From positions 25,785-89,784 of IMG/VR virus record IMGVR_UViG_3300045988_087130: a stretch of DNA of 64,000 nucleotides; one strand, given 5' to 3'. This document shows positions 44,266 to 53,037 of the stretch, one piece after another. Below the pieces are notes generated by a model, which saw only the letters and a program-made list of their open reading frames with translations, was not told where the DNA came from and searched no databases. The DNA comes from a virus. The translations under genes and the position numbers were made by a program. The first letter of the stretch is position 1, and the number at the start of each line of letters is the position of its first letter.

Positions 44266-45295
44266 ATGTCTTGCTTCTGTTGCGGAGGTGGCAGTTCCTT
44301 TGGTTATAAGTTAGCTGGCTACGATGTTGTAGCCTGTAACGAGATAGACCCAAAGGTTATGAAGATGTACTTGAAGAATCACGATGTCAAGTATTCTTTC
44401 AATTGTGATATTCGTGAGCTGATTGCCAATATCAATATAGGGGGGGCATATTATGAAAGAAGAGTTGCATAATCTGGATATATTGGATGCTAGTTTCCCA
44501 TGTTCGGTATTCAGTATTGCAGGTGACCGCCAAAAGGCTTGGGGAAAGGAAAAAGTATTCCGAGAAGGTCAGAAAGCACAAAGGCTTGACGATTTGGCTT
44601 TTTACTCAATCGCCCTCGCTCAAGAACTACAACCAAAGGTAGTGGTTTTTGAGAATGTCCAAGGTTTGTTGCAAGGTGAAGCTATCGAGTACGTGAAAGA
44701 GATTTACAGGCAGATGGATAATGCCGGATATATCTTGCAGCATTGGTTGCTTAATGCACGTAATATGGGTGTTCCTCAGAATCGACCTAGGGTGTTCTTT
44801 CTAGGATTACGCAAAGACCTTTGCAAGCCGTTTATGGTTCAGAAGGATTTGTTCGAGCGAGTGCCTAAGATAGATATGGACTTCAACGAGAAAGAAATTG
44901 TCTTGGATGAGTTTTCGGACTATAGTGGAAGACAGATTCCAAAAGGAGTGATGAAGTATTGGGAGCATAGAAACGAGAAAGACAATTCTATCGGTGATAT
45001 TGTCAAACGGATGGATAATCGTCTTTCTATGTTCAATAATATGTTTCTTAAAAAGGATAAAGTATGCAATACTATATCAGCAATGGAAGATAGGCTTGTG
45101 TATTTTGATAATCCAAGTTATATTTCAGCGCATGATACGATTTTAGCATCAACATTCCCGATGGATTATGACTTTAATGGCATGAAACCTTGGTTTGCTT
45201 GCGGAATGTGTGTTCCTCCAGTTATGATGGCTAATGTAGCTACGAGAATCTGGGATTGTTGGTTGTCAAAGATTAAAAAGGAGGAATGCGCATGA
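44266..45295 (+). CDS. DNA (cytosine-5)-methyltransferase interrupted by a frameshift at a G7 tract
   Basis: Motif I FCCGGGSS in ORF 44188-44472; motifs IV FPCSVFSIAG, VI ENVQGLL, VIII QNRPRVFF in ORF 44453-45295; the frames join if the G run 44440-44446 has 6 or 9 G. Confidence 0.7.
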
Positions 45296-46029
45296 TAACA
45301 GCAAGTATGAATTCGGGTGAGATGCGTAGGGTACGAAACTTAGATGAAGCTAGAATCTATGAGTTTCAGATGCGAAAAGCTAATGAGCTTAAACGTGAAA
45401 TGAGAAAGCAGAGTGTAAGACAGATAACCAAGACATACGAATTGGTTACACGGAATGCCGATTATTTCATCGTTGTAGGTGTAAAGCATGGAGGTGTCTT
45501 TGTCTCAGGTGTATTCATTTATCTGAAGGAAACTAACGAGTATATTCCTATGAGCAGAAATGAGGGGTATAGCGAGGATTGTTTTGCTATGAGCGTTCAT
45601 TTTCTGAAGAGATATGCAGAAAGGTATTTGAAAAAGGATTTGCCGATAGCAAAGATATTACAAAAGATATATACATCGTTTACAGGTGCGGTTCAGCTTT
45701 ATAGTGACGACAAGACAAAAAGGGTGGTGTTTGCTATTCCGGAAGGGCTTATACTCACAGAATACGAGCAAGAAAAGCGTATCATCCACTACAAAACCTT
45801 TGTAAGCATGGATATGCTAAAGAAGACACAAATGCAAAGTTACGAGAAGATTAGTGCATTTCTAATGGAATCATGTCAGCAAATAGCTATGGCAAGAGAA
45901 GCAGGAAATGACGAAAAGCTGGGCGTTGTGTACAGAAGGTTTTATGATGATATTGATTTGATAGATACAAAGGAGGCGCAAGCCATATATTCAAGTTTCT
46001 TCGAAAAAGGAGGTAACAATGAAAGATAA
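45286..46029 (+). CDS. hypothetical protein overlapping the C5-MTase stop (candidate restriction partner, unproven)
   Basis: 247-aa ORF starting 10 nt inside the MTase gene end; no recognisable motif. Confidence 0.4.
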   Translation: MRMITASMNSGEMRRVRNLDEARIYEFQMRKANELKREMRKQSVRQITKTYELVTRNADYFIVVGVKHGGVFVSGVFIYLKETNEYIPMSRNEGYSEDCFAMSVHFLKRYAERYLKKDLPIAKILQKIYTSFTGAVQLYSDDKTKRVVFAIPEGLILTEYEQEKRIIHYKTFVSMDMLKKTQMQSYEKISAFLMESCQQIAMAREAGNDEKLGVVYRRFYDDIDLIDTKEAQAIYSSFFEKGGNNER

Positions 46030-46522
46030 ATGTATAACAAGGTTTCTAGGTGATATTAAGCCTATAGAGAATTACGAAAGGTATTATGTTAGCAAGCTGG
46101 GACATGTCTTTACTATTGGGAGAACGTCTCAATTAAAGGAAATCGCACCTTGCAAGACACCAAAAGGTTATTTGAAGGTATGGCTTTACAAGAACGGAAA
46201 GCGAAAGATGTTCTATGTTCATCGTTTGGTAGCGCAGGCATTCTTGGAGAATCCAGATGCGTTGCCGATGGTGAATCATAAGGATTTCGACAAGACGAAT
46301 AACGATGTAGATAACTTGGAGTATTGTACCGCAAGATACAATGTGATTTATTCTGCTATAGCAAAGAAAACCTCTTCCGAATACTTGGGTGTGACTTGGA
46401 ATAAGAGTGTAAGAAAATGGCAAGCTCAGTACCAGGTAGGTAAGAAGAAAACTTATATCGGATGCTTTGGTACGCAAGAAGAGGCTCACGAAGCTTATGT
46501 TAACGCTATAAAAGAGATTTGA
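46019..46522 (+). CDS. HNH homing endonuclease (HNH_3) with AP2 DNA-binding domain
   Basis: VNHKDFDKTNNDVDNLEY (H-x-D...NN...NLE HNH_3 core) and YLGVTWNKSVRKWQAQYQVGKKKTYIGCFGTQEEAHEAY (AP2). Confidence 0.65.
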   Translation: MKDKCITRFLGDIKPIENYERYYVSKLGHVFTIGRTSQLKEIAPCKTPKGYLKVWLYKNGKRKMFYVHRLVAQAFLENPDALPMVNHKDFDKTNNDVDNLEYCTARYNVIYSAIAKKTSSEYLGVTWNKSVRKWQAQYQVGKKKTYIGCFGTQEEAHEAYVNAIKEI

Positions 46523-46523
46523 C

Positions 46524-47237
46524 ATGCTTAAATTTGATAGAATATACAATTCCGACTGTATAGAAGGAATGAAGCAAATAGGGAGTGGGGATGTCAATTT
46601 AATTGTTACTGACCCACCATATTGTATCTCCTATAAGACCGGATGGAGAGCAGACGACCATCGTTTTTCGAAGGAAATACTCAATGACGATAATGAGCAA
46701 TTGATTATTGATTATATGAGCGAATGCTACCGGATATTGAAGGATGATAGTGCCGCTTACGTCTTTTGTTCAGCTAAGACCTTGGACTTTTTTATGCAAC
46801 AAGCTAGGAACGCAGGGTTTACCATTAAGAATGTGCTCATTTGGCGAAAGAACAACCATACGGCTGGAGATTTAGAGGCGCAATATGGGCAATGTTACGA
46901 GCCAATCCTGTACTTGAATAAAGGCAGACGAACCATAAACGGAAAGCGTTTGGAGGACGTATGGGACTTTGATAGAGTTCCATCTGATAAATTGGTACAT
47001 CAGAATGAGAAACCAATTCCCTTGCTTATGCAATGCATCTTGAAATCATCGGACGAAGGAGATTTGGTATTTGATGGTTTTATGGGTTCAGCAAGTACTG
47101 CTCTGGCTTGTATGCGTACAAACAGGAATTTCCTTGGCTTTGAGTTAGACGGGGAATATTTCAAGGTAGCACAAAAAAGAATCAAAGAAGAAATGTTTAA
47201 TCAAAAAGATATGTTTGGATATGCTGGAGATAGATAA
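46524..47237 (+). CDS. beta-class N6-adenine/N4-cytosine DNA methyltransferase
   Basis: N-terminal catalytic TDPPY, C-terminal SAM site FDGFMGSASTALAC. Confidence 0.75.
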   Translation: MLKFDRIYNSDCIEGMKQIGSGDVNLIVTDPPYCISYKTGWRADDHRFSKEILNDDNEQLIIDYMSECYRILKDDSAAYVFCSAKTLDFFMQQARNAGFTIKNVLIWRKNNHTAGDLEAQYGQCYEPILYLNKGRRTINGKRLEDVWDFDRVPSDKLVHQNEKPIPLLMQCILKSSDEGDLVFDGFMGSASTALACMRTNRNFLGFELDGEYFKVAQKRIKEEMFNQKDMFGYAGDR

Positions 47238-47967
47238 GATTTATCAAGTTGATTGTCTGGATGGTATGAGCAAGATTGATGACAAGTCCGTCTCGCTTAT
47301 ACTCACAGACCCTCCATATGAAATTTCAAGGGATTCCAATTATGCAAAGTCCGCTCCTACTGGTAAAGATACTGATAGATTCCGCATATCTATCGACTTT
47401 GGAGACTGGGATAAACAGGAAGCATTTGATATAGGCTCTATGATAAAAGAATCCTACAGGTGCTTGAAAGATGGTGGATATATAGTTTGTTTCTATGATT
47501 TGTGGAAGATTGGGGTCGTAAAGGATGCGATGATTAATGTCGGATTTAAACAAATTAGATTTATAGAATGGATAAAAACAAATCCTGTTCCAATAAATAG
47601 TAAGACAAACTATCTCACAAACGCAAGAGAGGTCGCTGTGTGTGGGGTGAAAGGTAAAAATCCTATCTTTAAAAGCGAATATGACAATGGAGTATATAGC
47701 TTTCCAATCTGTCGTGATAAGGGGAGATTTCATCCTACCCAGAAGCCTGTTAGTCTTTTCAGAAGCATTATAAACAAGCATTCCTGCAAAGGAGATATTG
47801 TACTAGATTGCTGTATAGGTAGTGGAACTACGGCTATTGCGTGTATTCAAGAAAATCGTAATTTTATTGGTTTTGAAACTAATAGAGAGTTTTACGACAA
47901 AGCAAACGAGAGAATAGAAAATGAATTAATGATAAAGCAAGATAGTTTATTTAGTAATGAAAGTTAG
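47215..47967 (+). CDS. beta-class N6-adenine/N4-cytosine DNA methyltransferase
   Basis: TDPPY motif; C-terminal LDCCIGSGTTAIAC. Confidence 0.75.
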   Translation: MDMLEIDKIYQVDCLDGMSKIDDKSVSLILTDPPYEISRDSNYAKSAPTGKDTDRFRISIDFGDWDKQEAFDIGSMIKESYRCLKDGGYIVCFYDLWKIGVVKDAMINVGFKQIRFIEWIKTNPVPINSKTNYLTNAREVAVCGVKGKNPIFKSEYDNGVYSFPICRDKGRFHPTQKPVSLFRSIINKHSCKGDIVLDCCIGSGTTAIACIQENRNFIGFETNREFYDKANERIENELMIKQDSLFSNES

Positions 47968-48692
47968 TGGGTGATATGATGGAGCTAAATAGAATTTATC
48001 AAGGTGATTGCCGAAAGCTTCTAAAGCAGCTAGACGATGAATGTATAGACCTAGTATGCTCTGATGTTGCTTATCCGGTACAAGCTAGAGGTGGGCGCAG
48101 TAGTATGAGTGGATATTGGACGGATTCTCAAACTAGAAAAGGTAAGATATTCAAGAGTAATGACATAGATATTTCGGAGTATATCAACGAACTATATCGA
48201 GTACTAAAGGATAAGACTCATTGCTATCTTATGTGTAACGACTATAATCTGATGCACTTTCTAAATGAGATAGGACGGAGTGAGTTTCACTTCACAAAGT
48301 GTTTAATATGGGATAAATGCACTAAGGTGTGTGGAACGTATTATATGAACCAAAAAGAGTATATCATTATGCTTCGTAAGGGAGGTGGAAAGCCAATTAA
48401 TGAGTTTGGCACATCTGACATTCTGAGTGTTCCTATTCCAACCAACAAACGCAGGGATAAAGAAGGATTGATCAATCAGACCGAAAAACCAGTTAAGTTG
48501 ATGGAGATTCTAATCAGAAACTCAACAAATGTAGGTGATGTTGTTCTTGACCCATTTATGGGGAGTGGCACAACAGCAAGGGCTTGCGTTAATCTTGAAA
48601 GAAAGTATATAGGCTTCGAAATAGACCAGCGGCAAGTAGATTTTTCCAATAACGAATTAAAGAGCATGAGTAGGCAATTAAGTCTGTTTTAA
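47967..48692 (+). CDS. beta-class DNA methyltransferase homolog with atypical catalytic motif SDVAY
   Basis: Aligns with its neighbours (CSDVAY in place of TDPPY); C-terminal LDPFMGSGTTARAC is intact. Confidence 0.6.
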   Translation: MGDMMELNRIYQGDCRKLLKQLDDECIDLVCSDVAYPVQARGGRSSMSGYWTDSQTRKGKIFKSNDIDISEYINELYRVLKDKTHCYLMCNDYNLMHFLNEIGRSEFHFTKCLIWDKCTKVCGTYYMNQKEYIIMLRKGGGKPINEFGTSDILSVPIPTNKRRDKEGLINQTEKPVKLMEILIRNSTNVGDVVLDPFMGSGTTARACVNLERKYIGFEIDQRQVDFSNNELKSMSRQLSLF

Positions 48693-48696
48693 AACA

Positions 48697-48921
48697 ATGG
48701 ATATGAGTATGGTTATTCAATGTAACACAGTTGTAAGAAATGGGAATAAAGAGATAACGGATGCTCTTATAAAAGCCATTAAGGATGAAGCCTCGAAGCG
48801 TGGGTTGGTACGTGATGAATTGGTTGAATATTGCAACCAATTGTTAAGGAAAGGCGAAATCAAGGCTTGTATTAAGAATTTGTTTTATAATTTCAAACGT
48901 TATTTTTGGAGGTATTATTGA
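48697..48921 (+). CDS. hypothetical protein
   Basis: 74-aa ORF. Confidence 0.35.
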   Translation: MDMSMVIQCNTVVRNGNKEITDALIKAIKDEASKRGLVRDELVEYCNQLLRKGEIKACIKNLFYNFKRYFWRYY

Positions 48922-48922
48922 T

Positions 48923-49552
48923 ATGAGAAGAAGAAAGTTGAACAAGTCTCCAGTGTTAGGATTCTGCGGATTTGTTATCGGTTACGAGTGCAAGGAAAAG
49001 GGAATAAAGCTGATGGAGTGCGATAAGGCGCAAGCAGATGCAATCATAGTTCCTCATCACTTTTCACACAAGGTAACGAAGAATAGTTGCTTGAATCTTT
49101 TGGTATTGTATAAGGATAAGATAAGGGGTGCAATGCAAATAGGGTATGGAATCCGACCGCACATCAAGACTGAAAAGGGCGAAGTGTTGGATTACCATCA
49201 AGTGAGGGAATTTGACAGAATGTGGTTGTCTGATGATATGCCAAAGTTTAGTGAGACGATTTGCCTATCTCTTTTGCATAAGTATATTAGGGCAACACAT
49301 AAGGAAATCAAGTACCTTATATCTTATGCCGATACGTCCATAGGTAACAAGGGAACTATATATAAAGCAGCAAACTATGAGCATATTGATACCATTAAGG
49401 CAGATTTCTATGTGTTACCAAGTGGTGAGCGTGTGCATCCGGTTACTATGTGGCATCGGCACAAGACAAGAGCATGGGAGGTTCTAACGGAACTATACCC
49501 AGGAATAAAAAAGGCAGAAGGGTTTCAACTTAAATTTCTAAAGAAGTTATGA
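48923..49552 (+). CDS. hypothetical protein embedded in the methyltransferase array
   Basis: 209 aa; no recognised motif; sits between MTase paralogs. Confidence 0.4.
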   Translation: MRRRKLNKSPVLGFCGFVIGYECKEKGIKLMECDKAQADAIIVPHHFSHKVTKNSCLNLLVLYKDKIRGAMQIGYGIRPHIKTEKGEVLDYHQVREFDRMWLSDDMPKFSETICLSLLHKYIRATHKEIKYLISYADTSIGNKGTIYKAANYEHIDTIKADFYVLPSGERVHPVTMWHRHKTRAWEVLTELYPGIKKAEGFQLKFLKKL

Positions 49553-49764
49553 AGAAAAGAAATAAATATATTCCTTGTCATTTGCATCCAGATTCTGAGC
49601 ATTGGGTTAGAAAGGGGGACTCTTGGAAAGCAAAGATTGCTTACGAATCCGAGGAGGATGCTTGGGAGTTTCTGAACCAGCGATCCGAACTGAAGGCGAT
49701 TGGGTATGTGGCGTATCAATGTAAGACTTGCCATTTCTGGCACGTGGGGAGAAAACTATCGTGA
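49549..49764 (+). CDS. small zinc-ribbon-like protein
   Basis: CHLH...H and a C-terminal CKTCHFWH Cys/His pair. Confidence 0.35.
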   Translation: MKKRNKYIPCHLHPDSEHWVRKGDSWKAKIAYESEEDAWEFLNQRSELKAIGYVAYQCKTCHFWHVGRKLS

Positions 49765-49798
49765 AATGGTTTAACTGATAGAAATAGATTTATAGAAG

Positions 49799-50569
49799 AT
49801 GGAATTAAATAAGATATATAATGAGGATTGTCTAGTGGGAATGAAACAGATTCCGGACGCAAGTGTGGATTGTATTATCTGCGATTTGCCGTATGGTGCT
49901 CTCAATAAAAAGAGTGAGGGCGGTGGCTGGGATAGCATTATTCCGTTTGAACCATTGTGGAAGGAATATCTGCGCATAACCAAACCAAATGCAGCCATTA
50001 TTCTTTTCTGTCAAGGTATGTTTACCGCACAGCTTATGATGTCGCAGCCGAAACTCTGGAAATATAATCTTATTTGGAGCAAGCAGCGGGTAACAGGCTT
50101 TTTGAATGCCAACAAGATGCCTCTGCGCTCACATGAGGATATTGCAGTATTCTATCGGAAACAACCTATCTACAATCCTCAGATGGTAAAATGTGCGCCA
50201 CATCAAAGGAATCATCGAAGGGGCGATGGCTCTCATAGTTTGAAGCGAGGTTGTTATGGCGATCATAAAGAAGTGCCTACTATCATATCAGATGAGAAAT
50301 TCCCAAAGAGCATTATCTGCTTCGACAAAGAACATTCTGCCAACACCTTCCACCCCACTCAAAAGCCAGTCGCTCTTATTCAGTACCTCATCCGTACCTA
50401 CTCCAACGAGGGCGACACCATCTTAGACAACTGCATGGGCAGCGGTACTACCGCTATCGCAGCCATCCGTGAAAAGCGAAATTTCATCGGGTTCGAGTTA
50501 AATAAAGAATATTACGACAAGGCTTGTAAGCGCATTAAGTTAGAAATTATGCAACCCAGCCTATTCTAA
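49799..50569 (+). CDS. beta-class N6-adenine/N4-cytosine DNA methyltransferase
   Basis: CDLPY catalytic motif; C-terminal LDNCMGSGTTAIAA. Confidence 0.75.
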   Translation: MELNKIYNEDCLVGMKQIPDASVDCIICDLPYGALNKKSEGGGWDSIIPFEPLWKEYLRITKPNAAIILFCQGMFTAQLMMSQPKLWKYNLIWSKQRVTGFLNANKMPLRSHEDIAVFYRKQPIYNPQMVKCAPHQRNHRRGDGSHSLKRGCYGDHKEVPTIISDEKFPKSIICFDKEHSANTFHPTQKPVALIQYLIRTYSNEGDTILDNCMGSGTTAIAAIREKRNFIGFELNKEYYDKACKRIKLEIMQPSLF

Positions 50570-50588
50570 AATGTAAATAGTTGAGAAT

Positions 50589-50975
50589 ATGAAAAAAGAA
50601 GATAGACTTAAAATATATCGCAAATACGATGGGCATTGTGCTTATTGCGGCAAGAGTATAGAGTATAAGGATATGCAGGTTGACCATCTTGTTCCGAAGA
50701 ATCGAGGTTGTTACTCTCGGTGGAGCGACAAGGAGGGAAGGTTTGTCGTTTTTCATGGCGATGACTGTATGGAGAACTATATGCCATCTTGCAGGTCTTG
50801 TAATCTTCGTAAGCGTGATATGAGTTTGGAACAATTTCGCTCAGAGATTACTAGACAGGCTAAAGGATTGCTTAATGGTAAGGCTTCTTTCCAAGTAAAG
50901 ATGTCGCTCGCTTATGGCTTAATAGAAGAGCACTTTGATAAACAAATTGAGTTCTATTTTGAGAAATTTAAATAG
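50589..50975 (+). CDS. HNH endonuclease (paralog of 63110-63520)
   Basis: CAYCG...DHLVPKNRG...CRSCNLRKRD HNH zinc-finger core; about 60% identical to 63110-63520. Confidence 0.6.
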   Translation: MKKEDRLKIYRKYDGHCAYCGKSIEYKDMQVDHLVPKNRGCYSRWSDKEGRFVVFHGDDCMENYMPSCRSCNLRKRDMSLEQFRSEITRQAKGLLNGKASFQVKMSLAYGLIEEHFDKQIEFYFEKFK

Positions 50976-50983
50976 TTGAGGAT

Positions 50984-51391
50984 ATGAAGAAGAAAGGATA
51001 TTACGAATACGACCCTGTTATCTATCCAAGAAGGTTATGTGTCGCTATTGGAATGAACCAAGAGGATGCCAACAAGTGTTTTGAAGGTAGAAATGGCGAG
51101 GTTTTGAGGGTTGATTTCTCTAATTCTGACGCAGCAACCTACGATAACGTTAGAGAAAAGGCGAATAATAAGCTTTGTTCATTTGTTAATTTTGCAAGCA
51201 AGGATTCTATGAGGATGGGGACTTGTTGTCATGAAGCTTCTCACGTCTGCGATGCCATCGAGGATGCTATTGATATGAAGCACGGCGGCGAGCCTTCTGC
51301 CTACTTGATAGGTTGGATTGCATCTTGCATCAACAAGGCTCGTTTGGGTATTGGTGATTTCGTTGAAATTAAAGATAAGGAAGAAAAGTAG
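50984..51391 (+). CDS. hypothetical protein
   Basis: 135-aa ORF. Confidence 0.4.
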   Translation: MKKKGYYEYDPVIYPRRLCVAIGMNQEDANKCFEGRNGEVLRVDFSNSDAATYDNVREKANNKLCSFVNFASKDSMRMGTCCHEASHVCDAIEDAIDMKHGGEPSAYLIGWIASCINKARLGIGDFVEIKDKEEK

Positions 51392-51421
51392 CTCAAAGAC
51401 AAAATACCTTTGAGTGCTTTA

Positions 51422-51462
51422 CCCCATCACTATATATAATAATGTAGTAGTGGGGATTTTTG
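51422..51462 (+). terminator. rho-independent terminator (copy of 7573-7613)
   Basis: CCCCATCACTA-loop-TAGTAGTGGGG followed by ATTTTTGTG. Confidence 0.6.
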
Positions 51463-51504
51463 TGTTAACATCAGCAAATTATTTGCTCATATTATTATAG
51501 TGTG

Positions 51505-51630
51505 TTAAAAGATAAAAGAAATACATTAAATAACTTGCATATTTCGATAAATCTTTGTATCTTTGCATCGTAATTAAGAAACAAGGTTATTAATTAAAAA
51601 TGGTGAGACACACCATAAAAACTGTAATAA
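51505..51630 (+). repeat. promoter-leader cassette, copy D
   Basis: TAtcTTTG 51558; GGTGAGACACACC 51602; together with the terminator forms a roughly 210-bp repeat matching 7573-7780. Confidence 0.7.
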
Positions 51631-51634
51631 GAAA

Positions 51635-52009
51635 ATGAAAAAGTTTTTTGAAAACTTATCTGAAAAGATTAATGATGCGGCTTTTGAGGCGCAGCTTGAT
51701 GATTTCGCTTGCGAGTTTGATGCTATTGACAAACCTGCCGAAATCGTGGTGTCTGTTAAGAGTAGAAAGGTTATCCATTCAGATGGAAATATTTCTTCTT
51801 ATCCATATTATAATGTAGATAAGATTAATATCTATGATGAAGACGGAGAAGACGTTTCTTCAAAATATCCTTTGTTCTGCAAAAGAGTTAAGGATTGCGT
51901 GCCTTCTTATAAAGATGTTGAGAAAGACTTGATGGAGGCAAATATGAGCGATACCGAGCTTTATTTTGGCTCAGAAGCTAATTATTTGCGTTATAAGTAT
52001 GGTAACTAA
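51635..52009 (+). CDS. hypothetical protein
   Basis: 124-aa ORF driven by cassette D. Confidence 0.4.
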   Translation: MKKFFENLSEKINDAAFEAQLDDFACEFDAIDKPAEIVVSVKSRKVIHSDGNISSYPYYNVDKINIYDEDGEDVSSKYPLFCKRVKDCVPSYKDVEKDLMEANMSDTELYFGSEANYLRYKYGN

Positions 52010-52167
52010 ATTGTTTGGATATGGAGTACGAAAATAAGTTTGTAGGTCTTTCATCTGTAACGAGTCACGACCTTGAAATATTAAGGTATGAACTAGAGTA
52101 TGGATGGAAATTGGCTCTTATGCCAAATGATGTATGGTACAACTAATTACATTTAAGATTTCAAATT

Positions 52168-52407
52168 ATGGCATATTATAAAGTTAGTGTAGATGTATCG
52201 GATTTATTCGATGATATGCTCGTCCAAACACAGAAGAGTTTTCTTATTGACAAGTTTTGCTCTTTAGCAACAGACCAGCAGATAGAGGTAGTAAGCGAAA
52301 TGCTGGAGAACCTTAATGGCGATCAGACAGCTAAAGTTATTGAAGATGCTTTTGACAACTTGCATGAGCAAGCCCAGGAGCACGTAATTAACTATGTGAA
52401 AGGATAA
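52168..52407 (+). CDS. hypothetical protein
   Basis: 79-aa ORF. Confidence 0.4.
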   Translation: MAYYKVSVDVSDLFDDMLVQTQKSFLIDKFCSLATDQQIEVVSEMLENLNGDQTAKVIEDAFDNLHEQAQEHVINYVKG

Positions 52408-52411
52408 AGCT

Positions 52412-52603
52412 ATGATGTTTATAAAACGCAAGTGTTTGTTGACTCTTGAAGGAGGTTATCAGATTCAAGCCATCCTTACCATCCCTAAGCCGATAAAGCC
52501 CATCTTTCCAAAGGAAATGGAGCGTCAGTTTGTAAAGCAATTCAATGAATCGCAGCCAAATGCGGTTCACAAGGTTATTAAGTGTCACATAATGAGAAAT
52601 TAA
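52412..52603 (+). CDS. hypothetical protein
   Basis: 63-aa ORF. Confidence 0.3.
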   Translation: MMFIKRKCLLTLEGGYQIQAILTIPKPIKPIFPKEMERQFVKQFNESQPNAVHKVIKCHIMRN

Positions 52604-52776
52604 TGATATGGAAAAGAAAGAATATTCTGTTGTCGAATTTATTCAACATCTTAAAGATAAGCCATATATTAAGCTTTATAAAGCTGCTCGTTTAGCTGAA
52701 ATTAAGATAAGAAGAGAAATGAGAATATTATGGCGAGGAGTTTATGTAGATAGAGAATAGATGTATAAAGCATAAA

Positions 52777-53037
52777 ATGAAGGTTATGGTTACAGCAAAT
52801 TTTGAAATTGGAAATAAAGAGTTTGAGGTACGTTTCATACGAGAATCAGGTTATCCTCCAACAAAGAATGAACGTGGTTCTTCATTGGTTGAGTATGATG
52901 TAACGACATACAAAGATAATCAGCCAATGATGAAGAAGTTCAATCAAAAGAAACGTGTTTATTTCGACCTTGAAGGTAATGTTTACAAAAGTAAACAGAG
53001 TAATAAGGTATGGTTTAATCTTTATAAAGCAAGTTAA
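52777..53037 (+). CDS. hypothetical protein
   Basis: 86-aa ORF. Confidence 0.4.
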   Translation: MKVMVTANFEIGNKEFEVRFIRESGYPPTKNERGSSLVEYDVTTYKDNQPMMKKFNQKKRVYFDLEGNVYKSKQSNKVWFNLYKAS

